NCBI RefSeq assembly: GCF_018977255.1
Contig: NW_024704742.1
Span: 13,394,001-13,458,000, forward strand
Length of the DNA stretch: 64,000 nucleotides
Reading direction: 5' to 3'
Origin: Callorhinchus milii
Lineage: Eukaryota
Shown: positions 12,866 to 30,802 of the stretch, in pieces
How the letters are laid out: the number at the start of each line of letters is the position of its first letter
Numbering within the stretch: the first letter of the stretch is position 1
Notes under the pieces: generated by a model
The model's input: the letters and a program-made list of their open reading frames with translations, nothing else
The model's database searches: none
What the model was told of the DNA's origin: nothing
Made by a program: the position numbers and the translations under genes

Positions 12866-14269
12866 AATAATAACAATCCTTGCATTTGATATAGCGCCAT
12901 ATCACTTCATTGAGACGTCTCAAAGCGCTTCACAGAATATACTGTAAAGTGGATTGACTGTGTGTTTTGTGGGCAAAACACGGCAGCGAATTATGCACAG
13001 CAGTGACCCAAGGACAGTCATGGATTGATTGATCAATTTTTTTCGGAGGGATTATTACCCCCAGAAAGCGATCTGTCAACAACAACAAAATTACATTTAT
13101 AGAGCCCCTTTCAGGTCAGGAGGAGGTCCCAAGGGGTTGAAACCCAGGACTTGGCATGGGCCCTCGAAACCTGGGATGATTTCTCCTGTAAAGACCAAGA
13201 GATGTATAGAGAATTTTGACAGTTGCCTAAATAAAATTAAGTTGACAAAATAAAAGGGACATTTTTTATTACTTAAAAAAACAGATCGTTTAAGAAGAGG
13301 CTGTTGTTACTGGTGCTGAGGGAGTGAGTGAGGTTTGCTTTTGCTCAAATTTACTGTGAAGAGAGAGAGAGAGTTCTTGTCAGGAAGCTGCTCGAGACAC
13401 TTGTAACATGAGCTGTTACAACAACAACAAGATTCCATTTATAGAGCGCCTTTCACGTCGGGAGGACGTCCCGAGTCCAGCCCGTGCTTTAAAGAAGACA
13501 ACCACCACCCCACCCCCCCCCACACACACATTAGTCAGTCCCTACAACCAATCGTGCATAACAGTCCTTAAAAGTGATTTACAGCATGGAATTTTCAAAA
13601 TATCCGGATGAAGAGGAGGGCAGCGAAGAAATGTTGGGTGGGAGTTGTTCCAGCAGCATGGCAACATACGCAAAACACACACGTGCACGCACGCAGAAAG
13701 CATTTCTTTACAGTAGTCGTTGGTGTGGGGGGGGGGGGAAGGAGAGGGAGCACAGATAAATACTGCCAGGCCTGTGATCGACAGATAATAATCCTTGTAT
13801 TTGATATAGAGACCCATCACGTCTCAGAATATACTGTAAAGTACATTTCGTGGGTGTAGCCAATTGCATTAAAACTTTTGCGGCTGTGGATTAAGAAGAT
13901 TTTGGGGGGAGAGGAGAGGAGGCTGGAGAGGGATCACGAGGGCTTGTCTGGCTCTGAGACCAATGTTGGGGGGTTTGGGGGGGTTTACGCGCCAAATTGG
14001 GCGGGTTTGTGTTGTTCTTCACTTTTGCCTCATTTTTACATTTTTTTAAAAAATCTAAGCTTGTAAAAAGATTTTTTCTCAAAATAATTTTTCCCCCTTT
14101 TTTCCTTTGAAGATTTATTTTCATCAAAAAGTATTAAAATCCCAAATTAGGCATTCAATGAATCAATCTGCTAATCCCTCCCCTCCCAAGATGAAGCTTA
14201 ATAATAATGGGCTACTTTTGGAGGCAAGTGTTCAGTTGACTTTGAGTTACAAAAAACACACACATTGTT

Positions 14270-19690
<5,421 letters not shown>

Positions 19691-19759
19691 CACCCGCCCG
19701 GACCCCGCTCTCCTGCTACATGATCACACCCGGAGCTGCAAACTTTATATTGAATGCGA

Positions 19760-20110
19760 GCCTGCCCTGCCCAGCCCTGCCCTGCCCTGCCCTGGCTCTG
19801 CCCGGCCCTGCCCGGCCCTGCCCTGCCCGGCCCGGCCCTGCCCAGCCCTGCCCAGCCCGGCCCGGCCCTGCCCGGCCCTGCCCAGCCCGGCCCAGCCCGG
19901 CCCGGCCCTGCCCAGCCCGGCCCTGCCCTGCCCTGCCTGCCCTGCCCTGCCCGGCCCTGCCCAGCCCGGCCCGGCCCGGCCCGGCCCTGCCCGGGCCTGC
20001 CCTGCCCTGCCCGGCCCGGCCCGGCCTGCCCCTGCCCTGCCCTGCCCGGCCCGGCCCGGCCCTTCCCTGCCCGGCCTGCCCTGGCCCTGCCCTGCCCGGC
20101 CCCTCCTGCC
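19760..20110. repeat. Pentamer array (CCTGC/CCGGC/CCAGC)n
   Basis: Seen directly; abuts the RCL1 exon 1 donor. Confidence 0.95.
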
Positions 20111-20116
20111 CCTCAC

Positions 20117-20240
20117 CTCTCAGGCCGGGGTTGTCCTCGCTGCTCCTGATCTTGCTGATCTTCACTGGTTTGCCGCTCAGTGTGGCGAGTACCAGCCTCA
20201 TCCGCAGGCAGTTGGCGCCCTGATAACCACCGCTCGCCAT
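20117..20240 (-). CDS. RCL1: RCL1 (RNA 3'-terminal phosphate cyclase-like protein) coding exon 1
   Basis: ATG at 20240. Encodes MASGGYQGANCLRMRLVLATLSGKPVKISKIRSSEDNPGLR, matching the recalled RCL1 N-terminus (YAGCNFLRQRLVLSTLSGRPVKIRKIRARDDNPGLR). Ends G|GTGAGG, phase 1. Confidence 0.95.
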
Positions 20241-20290
20241 CTTCCTGCCCCGCCACACGGCAACCACGTGCTCTCCCGCCCCGCCCCCCG
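20235..20290 (-). promoter_or_regulatory. Putative RCL1 proximal promoter / 5'UTR motifs: YY1-like AAGATGGCG over the ATG, E-box CACGTG (20265-20270), GC boxes
   Basis: Motif matches only. Confidence 0.5.
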
Positions 20291-21130
20291 GAGCCGAGTC
20301 ACCGCAGCCCCGCCCCCCGGAGCCGAGTCACCGCAGCCCCGCCCCCCGGAGCCGAGTCACCGCAGCCCCGCCCCCCGGAGCCGAGTCACCGCAGCCCCGC
20401 CCCCGGAGCCGAGTCACCGCAGCCCCGCCCCCGGAGCCGAGTCACCGCAGCCCCGCCCCCGGAGCCCGAGTCACCGCAGCCCCGCCCCCGGAGCCCGAGT
20501 CACCGCAGCCCCGCCCCCGGAGCCCGAGTCACCGCAGCCCCGCCCCCCGGAGCCCGAGTCACCGCAGCCCCGCCCCCCGGAGCCCGAGTCACCGCAGCCC
20601 CGCCCCCCGGAGCCCGAGTCACCGCAGCCCCGCCCCCCGGAGCCGAGTCACCGCAGCCCCGCCCCCCGGAGCCCGAGTCACCGCAGCCCCGCCCCCGGAG
20701 CCGAGTCACCGCAGCCCCGCCCCCCGGAGCCCGAGTCACCGCAGCCCCGCCCCCGGAGCCCGAGTCACCGCAGCCCCGCCCCCCGGAGCCCGAGTCACCG
20801 CAGCCCCGCCCCCCGGAGCCCGAGTCACCGCAGCCCCGCCCCCCGGAGCCCGAGTCACCGCAGCCCCGCCCCCCGGAGCCCGAGTCACCGCAGCCCCGCC
20901 CCCCGGAGCCCGAGTCACCGCAGCCCCGCCCCCCGGAGCCCGAGTCACCGCAGCCCCGCCCCCGGAGCCCGAGTCACCGCAGCCCCGCCCCCCGGAGCCC
21001 GAGTCACCGCAGCCCCGCCCCCCGGAGCCCGAGTCACCGCAGCCCCGCCCCCCGGAGCCCGAGTCACCGCAGCCCCGCCCCCCGGAGCCGAGTCACCGCA
21101 GCCCCGCCCCCCGGAGCCGAGTCACCGCAG
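20277..21130. repeat. GC-rich minisatellite, 28-30 bp unit GGAGCC(C)GAGTCACCGCAGCCCCGCCCC(C)C, about 29 copies
   Basis: Seen directly; starts about 35 bp upstream of the RCL1 ATG. Confidence 0.97.
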
Positions 21131-21249
21131 GTCTTCCCCTCCTCCACAGCATCATCACCAATACGTTGCAATCAAATGGATATATTTCTGCTTAAAAATG
21201 TGGGATCCATTGAGAAGATAATAATGATGAAATAATGGGTTTGATGTGC

Positions 21250-21620
21250 GTTTCCTGTAGTTTAAACACTCGCCTCACGACTGAGCCCTGGGGTGGATTC
21301 CCGGGCGGCGCTTGGTGGGGACAAACCTTCGGCAAGTTTCCTCCCTCCCCTCCACAAACCTGTCACCCAGAGCAGTGACTGGGAATGTGGTTGTTAGTGG
21401 TTTGGTGGATCACTTTTCCAGGGGTAATAATTCCTTCAAAAAACTTAAAATAAGTAAATAATTTGGTCTCTCAATCCATGACTGTTTGTGGGACACTGCT
21501 GTGCGCAATTGGCTGCTGCGTCTCGCTCACAAATATACAGTCAATTCACTTTACAGTATATTCCGTGAGGCACTTTAAGACTTAATAAGGCGCTGTATCA
21601 CATGCAAAGATGATTATTAT
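21250..21620 (+). mobile_element. tRNA-derived SINE (diverged copy)
   Basis: Diverged head and body; conserved tail. Confidence 0.75.
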
Positions 21621-22314
21621 CACGTTGAGATGTCTTCACAGAATATATTGTGAAGACTATATTTTGGGGGTGAGACTTGGTAGCCAATGCGCATAGCAGT
21701 GCCCCGTAAACTGTAGTGGATTGCGTGAATCAATTTTTGGGGGATGGGGGATTAACAAAATGCATGTTCTTAATTTTAGTAAATTTTTCCTAAGAGTAGG
21801 ATGACCATATTTTGTAAACCAAATCCAGGGTTCACCAAAAAGATTATATAATAATAATTGCATTTTGACAGTTTATCAGGTCGTTACGCTGTGAAGTGGA
21901 TTGACTGTATTTTGTGGGGCGAAATATTCCTGATGTTGGCAGTACTGGAGCTCTGTGTTGGATTAGTGGCTACATGTATATGATACATGATGATCTGATG
22001 AGTGTTATCTATTTTATAATGTTATTGTTCTTGCTCAATTTGTTGCTGTACTCAAGACAGGGCAAATTTGGCTAGGGGCACACTACCTCATCCGGGTACT
22101 GCCCCCGGAAATTGCAACCCATTAAAGGTGCCCAGGCTAAGAATCCTCCAGATAAAAAGAACAGCCAACCACTTGCAATTATATAGCGCCCCTCACACAG
22201 AGTAGCGTCCCAGAGCGGTTCATAAATTGGGAGATAAATTGGTCATTTCCCTCCCGGCCTCTTTGCTGAGGCAAACCTTCGCAAATTCACCAACACGTTT
22301 GCCGACATGATAGA

Positions 22315-22710
22315 GGTCAAAATCTTCATCCTAGCCTTCAAGGCCCTCCACAGTCTTGCTCCTACCTCTGTGTCCTGCTGACCTCTTACCAACCTGTCCA
22401 CTCCTGCTGCTCAGCAGGCTCTGGGCTCCTCCACGTCACCCACCCATCCTGTCCCACCATTGACAGTCGGGCCTTCAGCTTCTCTGCCCCCACCTTCTGG
22501 AAGTCCATCCCACATTCTCTTCACCTCGCTCCCTCCTTTGCCTCCTTCGAGGCATGTCTCAAGATCCTGCTCTTCGACCGAGCCTTCAGCCACCCACCTA
22601 CCCTCCACCTTTCTTGATCCCAAGCCCCAGCTCGGATCCAAATCTCTGTCCAGCGCCTTAAGATGTCCTCCCGACTCTCCAAGGAGAGAGTGCACTTTCC
22701 ATTCCAATAC
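22315..22710 (+). mobile_element. L2 LINE 3' fragment
   Basis: Nucleotide similarity to 29712-30130. Confidence 0.7.
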
Positions 22711-24444
22711 ATAGGGAATTTCCATGTGTTGGTGGATTGTGTGGAATTTTGGTTTGGATACTCTTAAGCATGATGATAGTTTCCACAACCGACTCACCAA
22801 AAAATAAATCAACTTGTATTTATATAGCACGCTCACTCAGTCTTGGAGCCCTGTATTTGAACTCAGGATAAGATGGAAGGAGTTATAGAGAGAAGAGGGG
22901 TTGGAGAATGTTATTTAATGTTCCTTAATAATCCTTGTTTGATACATCACATTATCATGTCATCAAAACTTCACCCTGTAAAGTGATGTGTCTGTGTGCA
23001 TTTGTGGGCGAACAGTCCAGCCAGTTTGCACACAGCGATGTCCCACTAACAGCCGTGAGGTGAGTGAACAATTTTCTTTGGGGGATTTGTTGGCCAGGGC
23101 ACCGGGAGACACTCCCTTTTCTTTTTGACTAGGACCATGAGATCTTTAACATCTACCTGAACATGCAGACAGGGCCCCAGCTTAATGTCTCATTTATAGG
23201 ACAGTACTTCCAACAATGCAACGGCCCCCCAGCCTTGGTATATGAATGTAAAGTTCCAACCTGTGGCTTGAACTGTTCTCAAAAATACACTACGGCATTG
23301 ATAAGAGTTCTCAGGAGACTAGATGTAACACAGTGTGCGGCTAAAGAAATTCTTTTTATGTCAGATTTCTTTTTGGTCAGCTGAGTGTCTGACACATGCG
23401 GAAACCCATCACCATATTAAGAGTATCCAAACCAACCTGAGAATTTCACGCATCCCACCTACACATGGAAATCCCAGAGATAGGTTGTTGGAATGGAATG
23501 CTCTCTCTCCCTGGAGGGACCATCCTGTTTACCTAATTCTGTAAAGTATTAGTTGCAGGTTGGCAAGAGCCAAGGCTTGGGGACCCCAGGTTGTGTGTTG
23601 GGGTAACTGCTGGAGTATAACCAGCTCAAACGGCACAGCTTGCCATTGATATTGCTGTCTGGAAAGCTTTCCCGCTGCTTGTCCAGCTAAGACCGTTAGG
23701 ATTTTGACTTATAAGGTTAACAGGTGGCTGAGTGGGAGGATTCCCTGCTTCCACCAGATATGTAATGCAGCATTACAGAGATATATGTTACTGTATTTGT
23801 GATTAACATTAGAATAATACAAACATGATTGTCCAAATTGAAGTGGCACAACTCCAGGTGTGATGTGTATTAATACATCACAACAAATTCAAACATCTGT
23901 TGTCAATGTCCCACAGTAACAAAACATATAGCCACAAATATTAATTCCAAAGTTTAAGAACGGCATAGAAAAAAAGCTACACAAATATTCTGATAGCATA
24001 TTACACCATTTGTAGAAATGAATTAGAGTGCTGTACTGGGCCCTCTGATTAAAAAAAAACACAACGGTTTCATGTGCATTGAATTTCTACTAAATATCTT
24101 CTCAAATAGCCAAAGATGAATTCATTGATTTGTCAAATTTTTGATGCTCATAAAAGCTACCTTAATAGAGTGAATCTAGACCACGGTGGAATTTCTCCCC
24201 TATAAATGTCCTTTCTCCAAGAAAAATTTTTAACCGCAGACATTTGAAATTGAACTGGCTGGCTTGAGAGTAGGGATGTATAAATTCTGGGCAAAGTGAG
24301 GAAGCAACTGTCTGTGACCTCCTTAACTTCCCTGGCCTCTCTTTCAAACTCACCAAATCAACCTTGGCTTCCAGTGGTGATCCTCAGCTCTCCTTTGTCC
24401 TTTGTCCCTCATATCCAGTTCCTGACCAAGATTGTTTTTCTTCG

Positions 24445-24771
24445 TGGAGTCCTGTAGCTCAGTGGTTAGAGCACTCGCTTTGCAAGTGAGAGATCCGAGT
24501 TCAATTCCAGGCAGGGCGAAACCTTGGGCAAGTTTCCTTACTCCACACGCCTAATAATAATCCCTCCAAAAAACAAAAACAATAATTAAATTGGCCATTT
24601 TCAATCTACGACTGTTTGTGGGACATTGCTGTGCGCAATTGGCTGCCGCGTTCGCCCACAAATATACAGTCAATTCACTTTACAGTGTGTTCTGTGAAGC
24701 GCTTTGGGACGTCCTCCCGACGTGAAAAGCGCTATATCAAATGCAAGGATTATTATTATTATTATTATTAT
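24445..24771 (+). mobile_element. tRNA-Ala-derived SINE (dominant family)
   Basis: Head gtggagtcctgtagctcagtggttagagcactcgc..gcaagtgagag..gttcaattcc with A/B boxes. Body ccttgggcaagtttccttactccacac. Tail ...gcgctatatcaaatgcaagg(att)n. Confidence 0.9.
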
Positions 24772-25419
24772 TCACCTGTGCCACATCACCAGCCTCTGCT
24801 CCTACCTCATATAAATAACCTTAGCTCTACCACAGGTTTTTCAAATGCACTCCTCGCTGGTCTCCCTCAATCCACCATCCTCAAAAGCTACAATGTGCCT
24901 AAAGGCTCCACCAAAATCTGCACACCCATCAACCATAACAACAATGACAACTTGCATTTATGTAGTGCCCTTCACACCGGATGGTGTCTTGGAGCACTTA
25001 AATCACCCCAGCTTTGGTCTCCAAGCAGAACAATTTCAAGATCCTCATCCTTATGTCTTAGCACTTCCCTATCTCTCTGATCTCCTCTGAATCCCCCTCT
25101 GCTTAGCTAACGAGGGTTTGCTGTAAAACACCCAGCAATCTCAATGTTACTATCAATGGAGCCTTCAGATTCTACCCCTCACCCATGGAACTCCCTCCCT
25201 CTAACCCTCCATCTCACTCCATCTCTTTGTCTTTAAATCGTACCTTAATGGCTCCCAATCACCGAATGGATCAATTTCAAGATCCTCTCACTCATTTTCA
25301 AATCCCTTTATGCCCTTGGACCTCCCTACCTATCCAACCTCTTCGACAGCATCAATGGCCCTCTCCCTCTCCACTCTCTCCTGCTGGGTATCTTTCCTGT
25401 CTTTGCAATCACTCCAAAA

Positions 25420-26003
25420 TTGTATCCTACATGAAGGGTGCTGTACTTCGTCACTTCCCGGCTGGACTATTTCAATGTTCTCCTTGCTGGTCTCCCCAGC
25501 TCCACCATACAAAAAATACAACTAAATCAAAACTCTGCACCCAGATACACACCGGCACAAAGCTCTGTACCCCCATCACACCAGTCCACTGGCTCCCAAT
25601 CACCGAATGGATCAATTTCAAGATCCTCTCACTCATTTTCAAATCCCTTTATGCCCTTGGACCTCCCTACCTATCCAACCTGCTTCCCCTCACTCTACCA
25701 CCCGCTGCCTCTGCTCGGTTAGCTCTGGCCTCCTATTTGTCCCTCGTGCCCTCCGTTCCACCATCAGTGGCCATGCCTTCAGCCTCTATGCCCCGAAACT
25801 CTGGAACGCTCTCCCTCAATCCCTCCGGCCTGCCCACTCCCTCCCCACTTTCAAATCCTGCCTAAAGACCTTTCTTTTTGATCGCACTTACGGTTCACTC
25901 CTACCCCTCCCTCTCCCCCAGCTCGGGGTCAGACTCCGTTACTGTGAAGCGTTCTGGGACGCTACCCTACCTGAACGGGCTATATAAATCCAAGCTGTTG
26001 TTG
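25420..26003 (+). mobile_element. L2 LINE 3' fragment (older)
   Basis: FVTSRLDYFNVLLAGLP, HWLPITEWINFKIL, AFSLYAPKLWNALP, FKSCLKTFLF. Confidence 0.85.
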
Positions 26004-26682
26004 CCATAAAATTGAAAATTGTTGTTACTTTTGTTCTCCCTTGTGTATGGAAGCAAAGCAAGAGTTTCCTGAATGACTTTTTTTTTAAAAAAGTGAAATG
26101 CAAAATATTTGCTCGCTGTGTGGTTTTAAATGCAAGTTTAAAGTCCGTTCTGAATGAACAAAACCCATCTAGTTTTTGGCTGAGTTAAATTCATGGAACA
26201 GCCATTCTAAAACTTCCACTGAAAATCTGCCACATTGGCACCAGCTGCTCACATGTACTGCAGCATTGCCTAGATCTTTTGCAATGTATTTACCAGGCCA
26301 GAATGTCCCTTTGAAACCCTGGCAACAGCACCAGAAAGTGTCTACATGGATCCTGAAACCAAGCAAGTTTCAGCAGTGTCATTATGCATTGGTTAACTGT
26401 GCACAATGGAAATATTTCTGCAAACCAACTGGTTACTTACCAATGCAAGTGTATGTGTTGTTAAGCAGAGATAGCTGCATGTTGATATTTTTCGAGAACT
26501 TGCTTTTGCATTGGAAATATCTGGTCAGATAAGTACAAGGTCTCCACAAAGCCCTGCTATGATAATAATATATAATAATCCATGCATTTGATATAGGCAT
26601 CTTATCACATCATTAAGATGTCTCATAGCGCTTCACAGAATATACCATAAAGTGAATTGACTGCATACATTGTGGGTGAAAC

Positions 26683-27182
26683 GCCCTGCTTGTCGGCTTC
26701 CCAACTCCTCCCTCCACAGGCTGCAGATAATCCAGAACTCTACAGCCCGTGTCCTCTCCTGCACCAAACTCCGTGACCCCATCTCCCCCATTCTCGACCA
26801 ACTCCATTGGCTCCCTATCCTTCAGAGGATCCAGTTCAAGATCCTGGTCCTCACCTACAAAGCCTTCCATGGCCTCGCCCCACCCTACCTCTGCGACTTC
26901 CTAACCCCCTATCAACCCATTGGGGGGAGAGCCTTCAGCCACTCTGCCCCCAACCTCTGGAATTCCATTCCCCAATCACTCCGCCTCACCCCCTCCTTAG
27001 TCTCCTTCAAATCCTGCCTCAAGAATCTCTTCTTCGACCATGCCATCGGCCAACCCCTTCCCCTCCTCTCTCTTCTCCCCCCCTGACCCCAGCTCGGGTC
27101 TGAAATGCTGTACTCTGTCCAGTGCTTTGGGACGTCCTCCTGACGAGAAAGGCGCTATACAAATGTAATCTTGTTGTTGTTG
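26683..27182 (+). mobile_element. L2 LINE 3' fragment, same subfamily as 41280-42142
   Basis: LPNSSLHRLQIIQNSTARVL...LHWLPILQRIQFKILVLTYKA, followed by the L2 tail. Confidence 0.9.
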
Positions 27183-29711
27183 TGAAACTCAGCAGCCAAT
27201 TGCGCACAGTATTGTCCTACAAACAGTCGTGGATTGAGTGACCAAATTATTATTATAATTTATTTTTGAAGAGATTATTATTTTGTGGGGGAAGTACGGG
27301 AACATTTCCTGCATTTTGGGCTCCAAAACTCAGTCCTCACTCAGGGATTTTAAAACAAAATAGATTTTTTTTCTAGTCATTGAATTTACAAATGGATGGG
27401 GAGGAATATCAATTCAAAAATAAAATTTAAAGTAAAAACCAATAATGTTAACGTATCACAAGCTGACACCTACTTTTTAAAATAACTCAAAACAGACTGA
27501 AAACGGATATTGTCTTTTTTCCTATTTATTTGGCACTTCTGTTAACTGACAGAGTTAGCAGAAGTGGTCACAAGCCCATGTGTACCTCTTCAAGGAATGA
27601 TGCACATTGCTTCATTAGAGATAGAAGCTCAAGTGTTTTCTTGTTCCTTTGATTGCAAATGCAATGAGACTGGCTTTACATAACTTGAACAGGAAATGAT
27701 GGCAGAGGCACTATATGGAATTGGGAAGTATCTAATGACCTCTAGTGGAACAATCAGTTATTGGTAAAAAGGAGTTCAGCAGACTGTGGGAAAGATGAAT
27801 TGTGGGAGATTGTGACAAGTCAAAATCTGGGGAAAGATTCAACCTAACCTTGAATGGTGGACTGAAGTTACAATAATTATAATATTAACCCTTGCATTTG
27901 ATTTAGCGCCTTATCACGTCGTTGAGATGCCTCAAAGCGCTTCTCAAAATATACTGTAAAGTATATGTGTATTGACTGTATATTTCATGGGTGAAGTACT
28001 GACAAATTTCCTTCCTTTGGGGCTCCACAACTCAGTCTCACTCAGAGATTTTAAAACAAAATAGATTTTTTTTTNCTCCCTCTGATTTTCTCTCACTTTT
28101 TTAATTTACTTTTGTTTTGGAGGAATTATTACCGTCCCGGAAAAGCGATCCACCAATCGTACTAACAAGCAAGTTCCTACTTACTGCTAGGTAAATAGAG
28201 GCATGTGTGTGGAGTAAGGAAACTTGCCCTTGGTTTTGCCCTGCCTGGAAATCAAACCCAGGTTCTCTCACTTGTGAGGCAAGTTCTCCAACCACTAATG
28301 ATGATGGAGACTTGGTACCAGTTGTTCTCAAGTACTTCAAATCACAATTCCCCATGTCCATGTTTCAGCCTAGAAATTGAGCATTGGGAAGCTTTATGAC
28401 GATTCAAAACACACAGGCAATCCACTTTACAGTATATTCTGCAAAAAAGTGCTTTTGAGCCATCTCGACGAATCAATAACTCCAGGATAGCAGGGGAGAA
28501 TTTTTATAAAAAATCCTTTGTACCACACAGGGTGTTGTAAGGTGTTTGTGGTCTTGCGTAAATAGATACGGTACATATGTTCAGATGCGTTACTTTATTT
28601 ACCAACTTTCCATTGTGTCAGCCTGGCCCTAATTATAGAACAGAAGTTAATTCCACTGTAAAAAGGTGCGCAACAATTTACAGCAGCTTCTCTGCACTAA
28701 AAGTAGGAGAAGTGAAACTTAGGGCAAAAAAAAACAGACACCTGTTGAGCTCTGCTTATCAATGAACTCTAGCCCCTACAAAGCCTGGCCATTTGACTGT
28801 TTGTGGGACACTGATGTGCGCATTTGACTGCCGCGTTTCACCCACAAAATACCTGTAAAGTCAATTCACTTTACAGTATATTCTATGAAGCTCCATCAGA
28901 CTCTCAAAGACATGAAAAGGTGCTATATCAAATGCAAGGATTATTATGATTATTAATATGATTTCTGTTGCCAATATTAGCTCACTAAGATAACTTACTG
29001 CAACTTTAGCTGCACATCGATTAAAGGTATATATAGAGGTAAATATGTATATACATTATGATACATACAAAAACATCAAAGGAAATATAAATAGGATAGC
29101 ATACAAAAGTAACTAGAATTTACAGTTATAGTGTCTTTCACATTCATGCCTCGAAACCCTTTACAGAGATGATACTGGACACCGAGGAAGGAAGAGGAAA
29201 GTGACCATAGGCACTGTCGGAGAGATAGACCTCTAGATAAGCAAATGTTTCTTTTCACTTTTTGGACCAAGGTTCAAACCTCTGCAATTTTGCTCTGTAT
29301 CTGACCATGCTGTCTATACCTGAGCTGGGTGTGCATGACATTGGATAACAAAGAAACTGTTATATTACAAGGCACCCATATCACACGGCACTGACATTCA
29401 TTGCATTGTTGGGAAGTTCTGTCTTTCAGACGAGATGTCCCGTTCTGCCCTGTCTGCTTGTGGAGTCCTGTAGCTCAGTGGTTTCAGCAACCACCTTGCA
29501 AGCAAAAGACCTGGGTTTGATTCCCAGCAGGGTAAATTGTTGGGCAAGTTTCCTTATTCCACACGCCTCTGTTTACCTAGTAGTACGTAGGAACCCAGTT
29601 GGTGGATCACTTTTCTGGGGAGATAATAATTCCTTCAAAAAGAAAACAACAAAGGTCCTTCAATCATGACTGTTTGTGGGACATTGCTGTGCGCAATTGG
29701 CTGCTGCGTTT

Positions 29712-30130
29712 CGGCCTCCCCTCATCCTCGCTTTCAACGCCATCCATGGCCTTGCCCCCTCCTACCTCTCTGACCTGCTGACTCCCTACCAACCTGCCCG
29801 CTCCCTCCGTTCAGTGGGCTCCGGCCTACTCCATGTCTCCCGCCCGACCCGCCCTACCATCGGTGGTCGGGCTTTCAGCCTCTCTGCCCCCACACACTGG
29901 AACTCCAACCCACGGTCCCTTCGCCTCGCTTCCTCCCTTGCCTCCTTCAAGGCCGGTCTCAAGACCCTTCTCTTCGATCGTGCCTTTGGTCGCCTTCCCA
30001 CCTCTCTGCCTTCCCTCCTCCCTAAACCACCCCTCCTCCATGCTCGGGCCCCAACACCTGACTGTTCAGCGCTTTGGGACGTCGTCCCGATGTGAAAGGC
30101 GCTCTATAAATGTCATTTTGTTGTTGTTAT
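29712..30130 (+). mobile_element. L2 LINE 3' fragment
   Basis: HGLAPSYLSDLLTPYQPARSLRS...GGRAFS...FKAGLKTLLF, followed by the tail. Confidence 0.88.
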
Positions 30131-30449
30131 TGTACCATTGGTATTTAAGCACCCCAGTCCTTTTCATTTTTGACAGCTGATCTCCTCTCACAAATGTTGC
30201 AGTTTCCTGCCCACTCTATTCTAGGTCTACATTCTACTGTCTAAAGAAACTATTGGGTCTCTGAAGAAGTTGTCGTGTCAGCAATAAGGAAAGGCAGCCC
30301 CAAACTAATAATAGAAGCCTGTTAGTCACAACAAGGTTCGCCAACAGAGAGTGGGATTGGCAGGCTTTACAAGTGGATTAGGTCTAAACAATGATTCCCA
30401 CCCAGCAAATGGAATGGGGAAAAGGGAGAGATAGGAGAGAATTCCCCAG

Positions 30450-30802
30450 CTGGAGTCCTGTAGCTCAGTGGTTAGAGCACTCACCTCGCAAGTGAGAGAC
30501 CTGGGTTTGATTCCCGGGCAGGGCGAAATGTTGGGCATGTTTCCTTACTCCACACACCTCTGTTTACCTTGCAGTAAATAAGGGGTAATAATCCCTCCAA
30601 AAAATAATTAAAAATAACTAATAATAATAAATTGGTCACTCAATCCACGACTGTTTGTGGGGCACTGCTGTGCACAATAGGCTGCTGCGTTTTGCCCACA
30701 AAACATACGGTCAATGTACTTTACAGTATATTCTGTGAAGCTCTTTGAGATGTCTCAAAGACGTGGTAAGGCGCCTTATCAAATGCATTGATTATTATTA
30801 TT
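30450..30802 (+). mobile_element. tRNA-Ala-derived SINE
   Basis: Near full-length copy; anticodon arm ctcac-ctCGCaa-gtgag. Confidence 0.9.

Noticed and set aside
20277..21130. CRISPR-like ~29-bp repeats
   Set aside because: No unique spacers, no cas genes, and a vertebrate context.
30450..30525. tRNA-Ala gene (and similar copies)
   Set aside because: No proper acceptor stem; runs into the SINE body and tail; many diverged copies.
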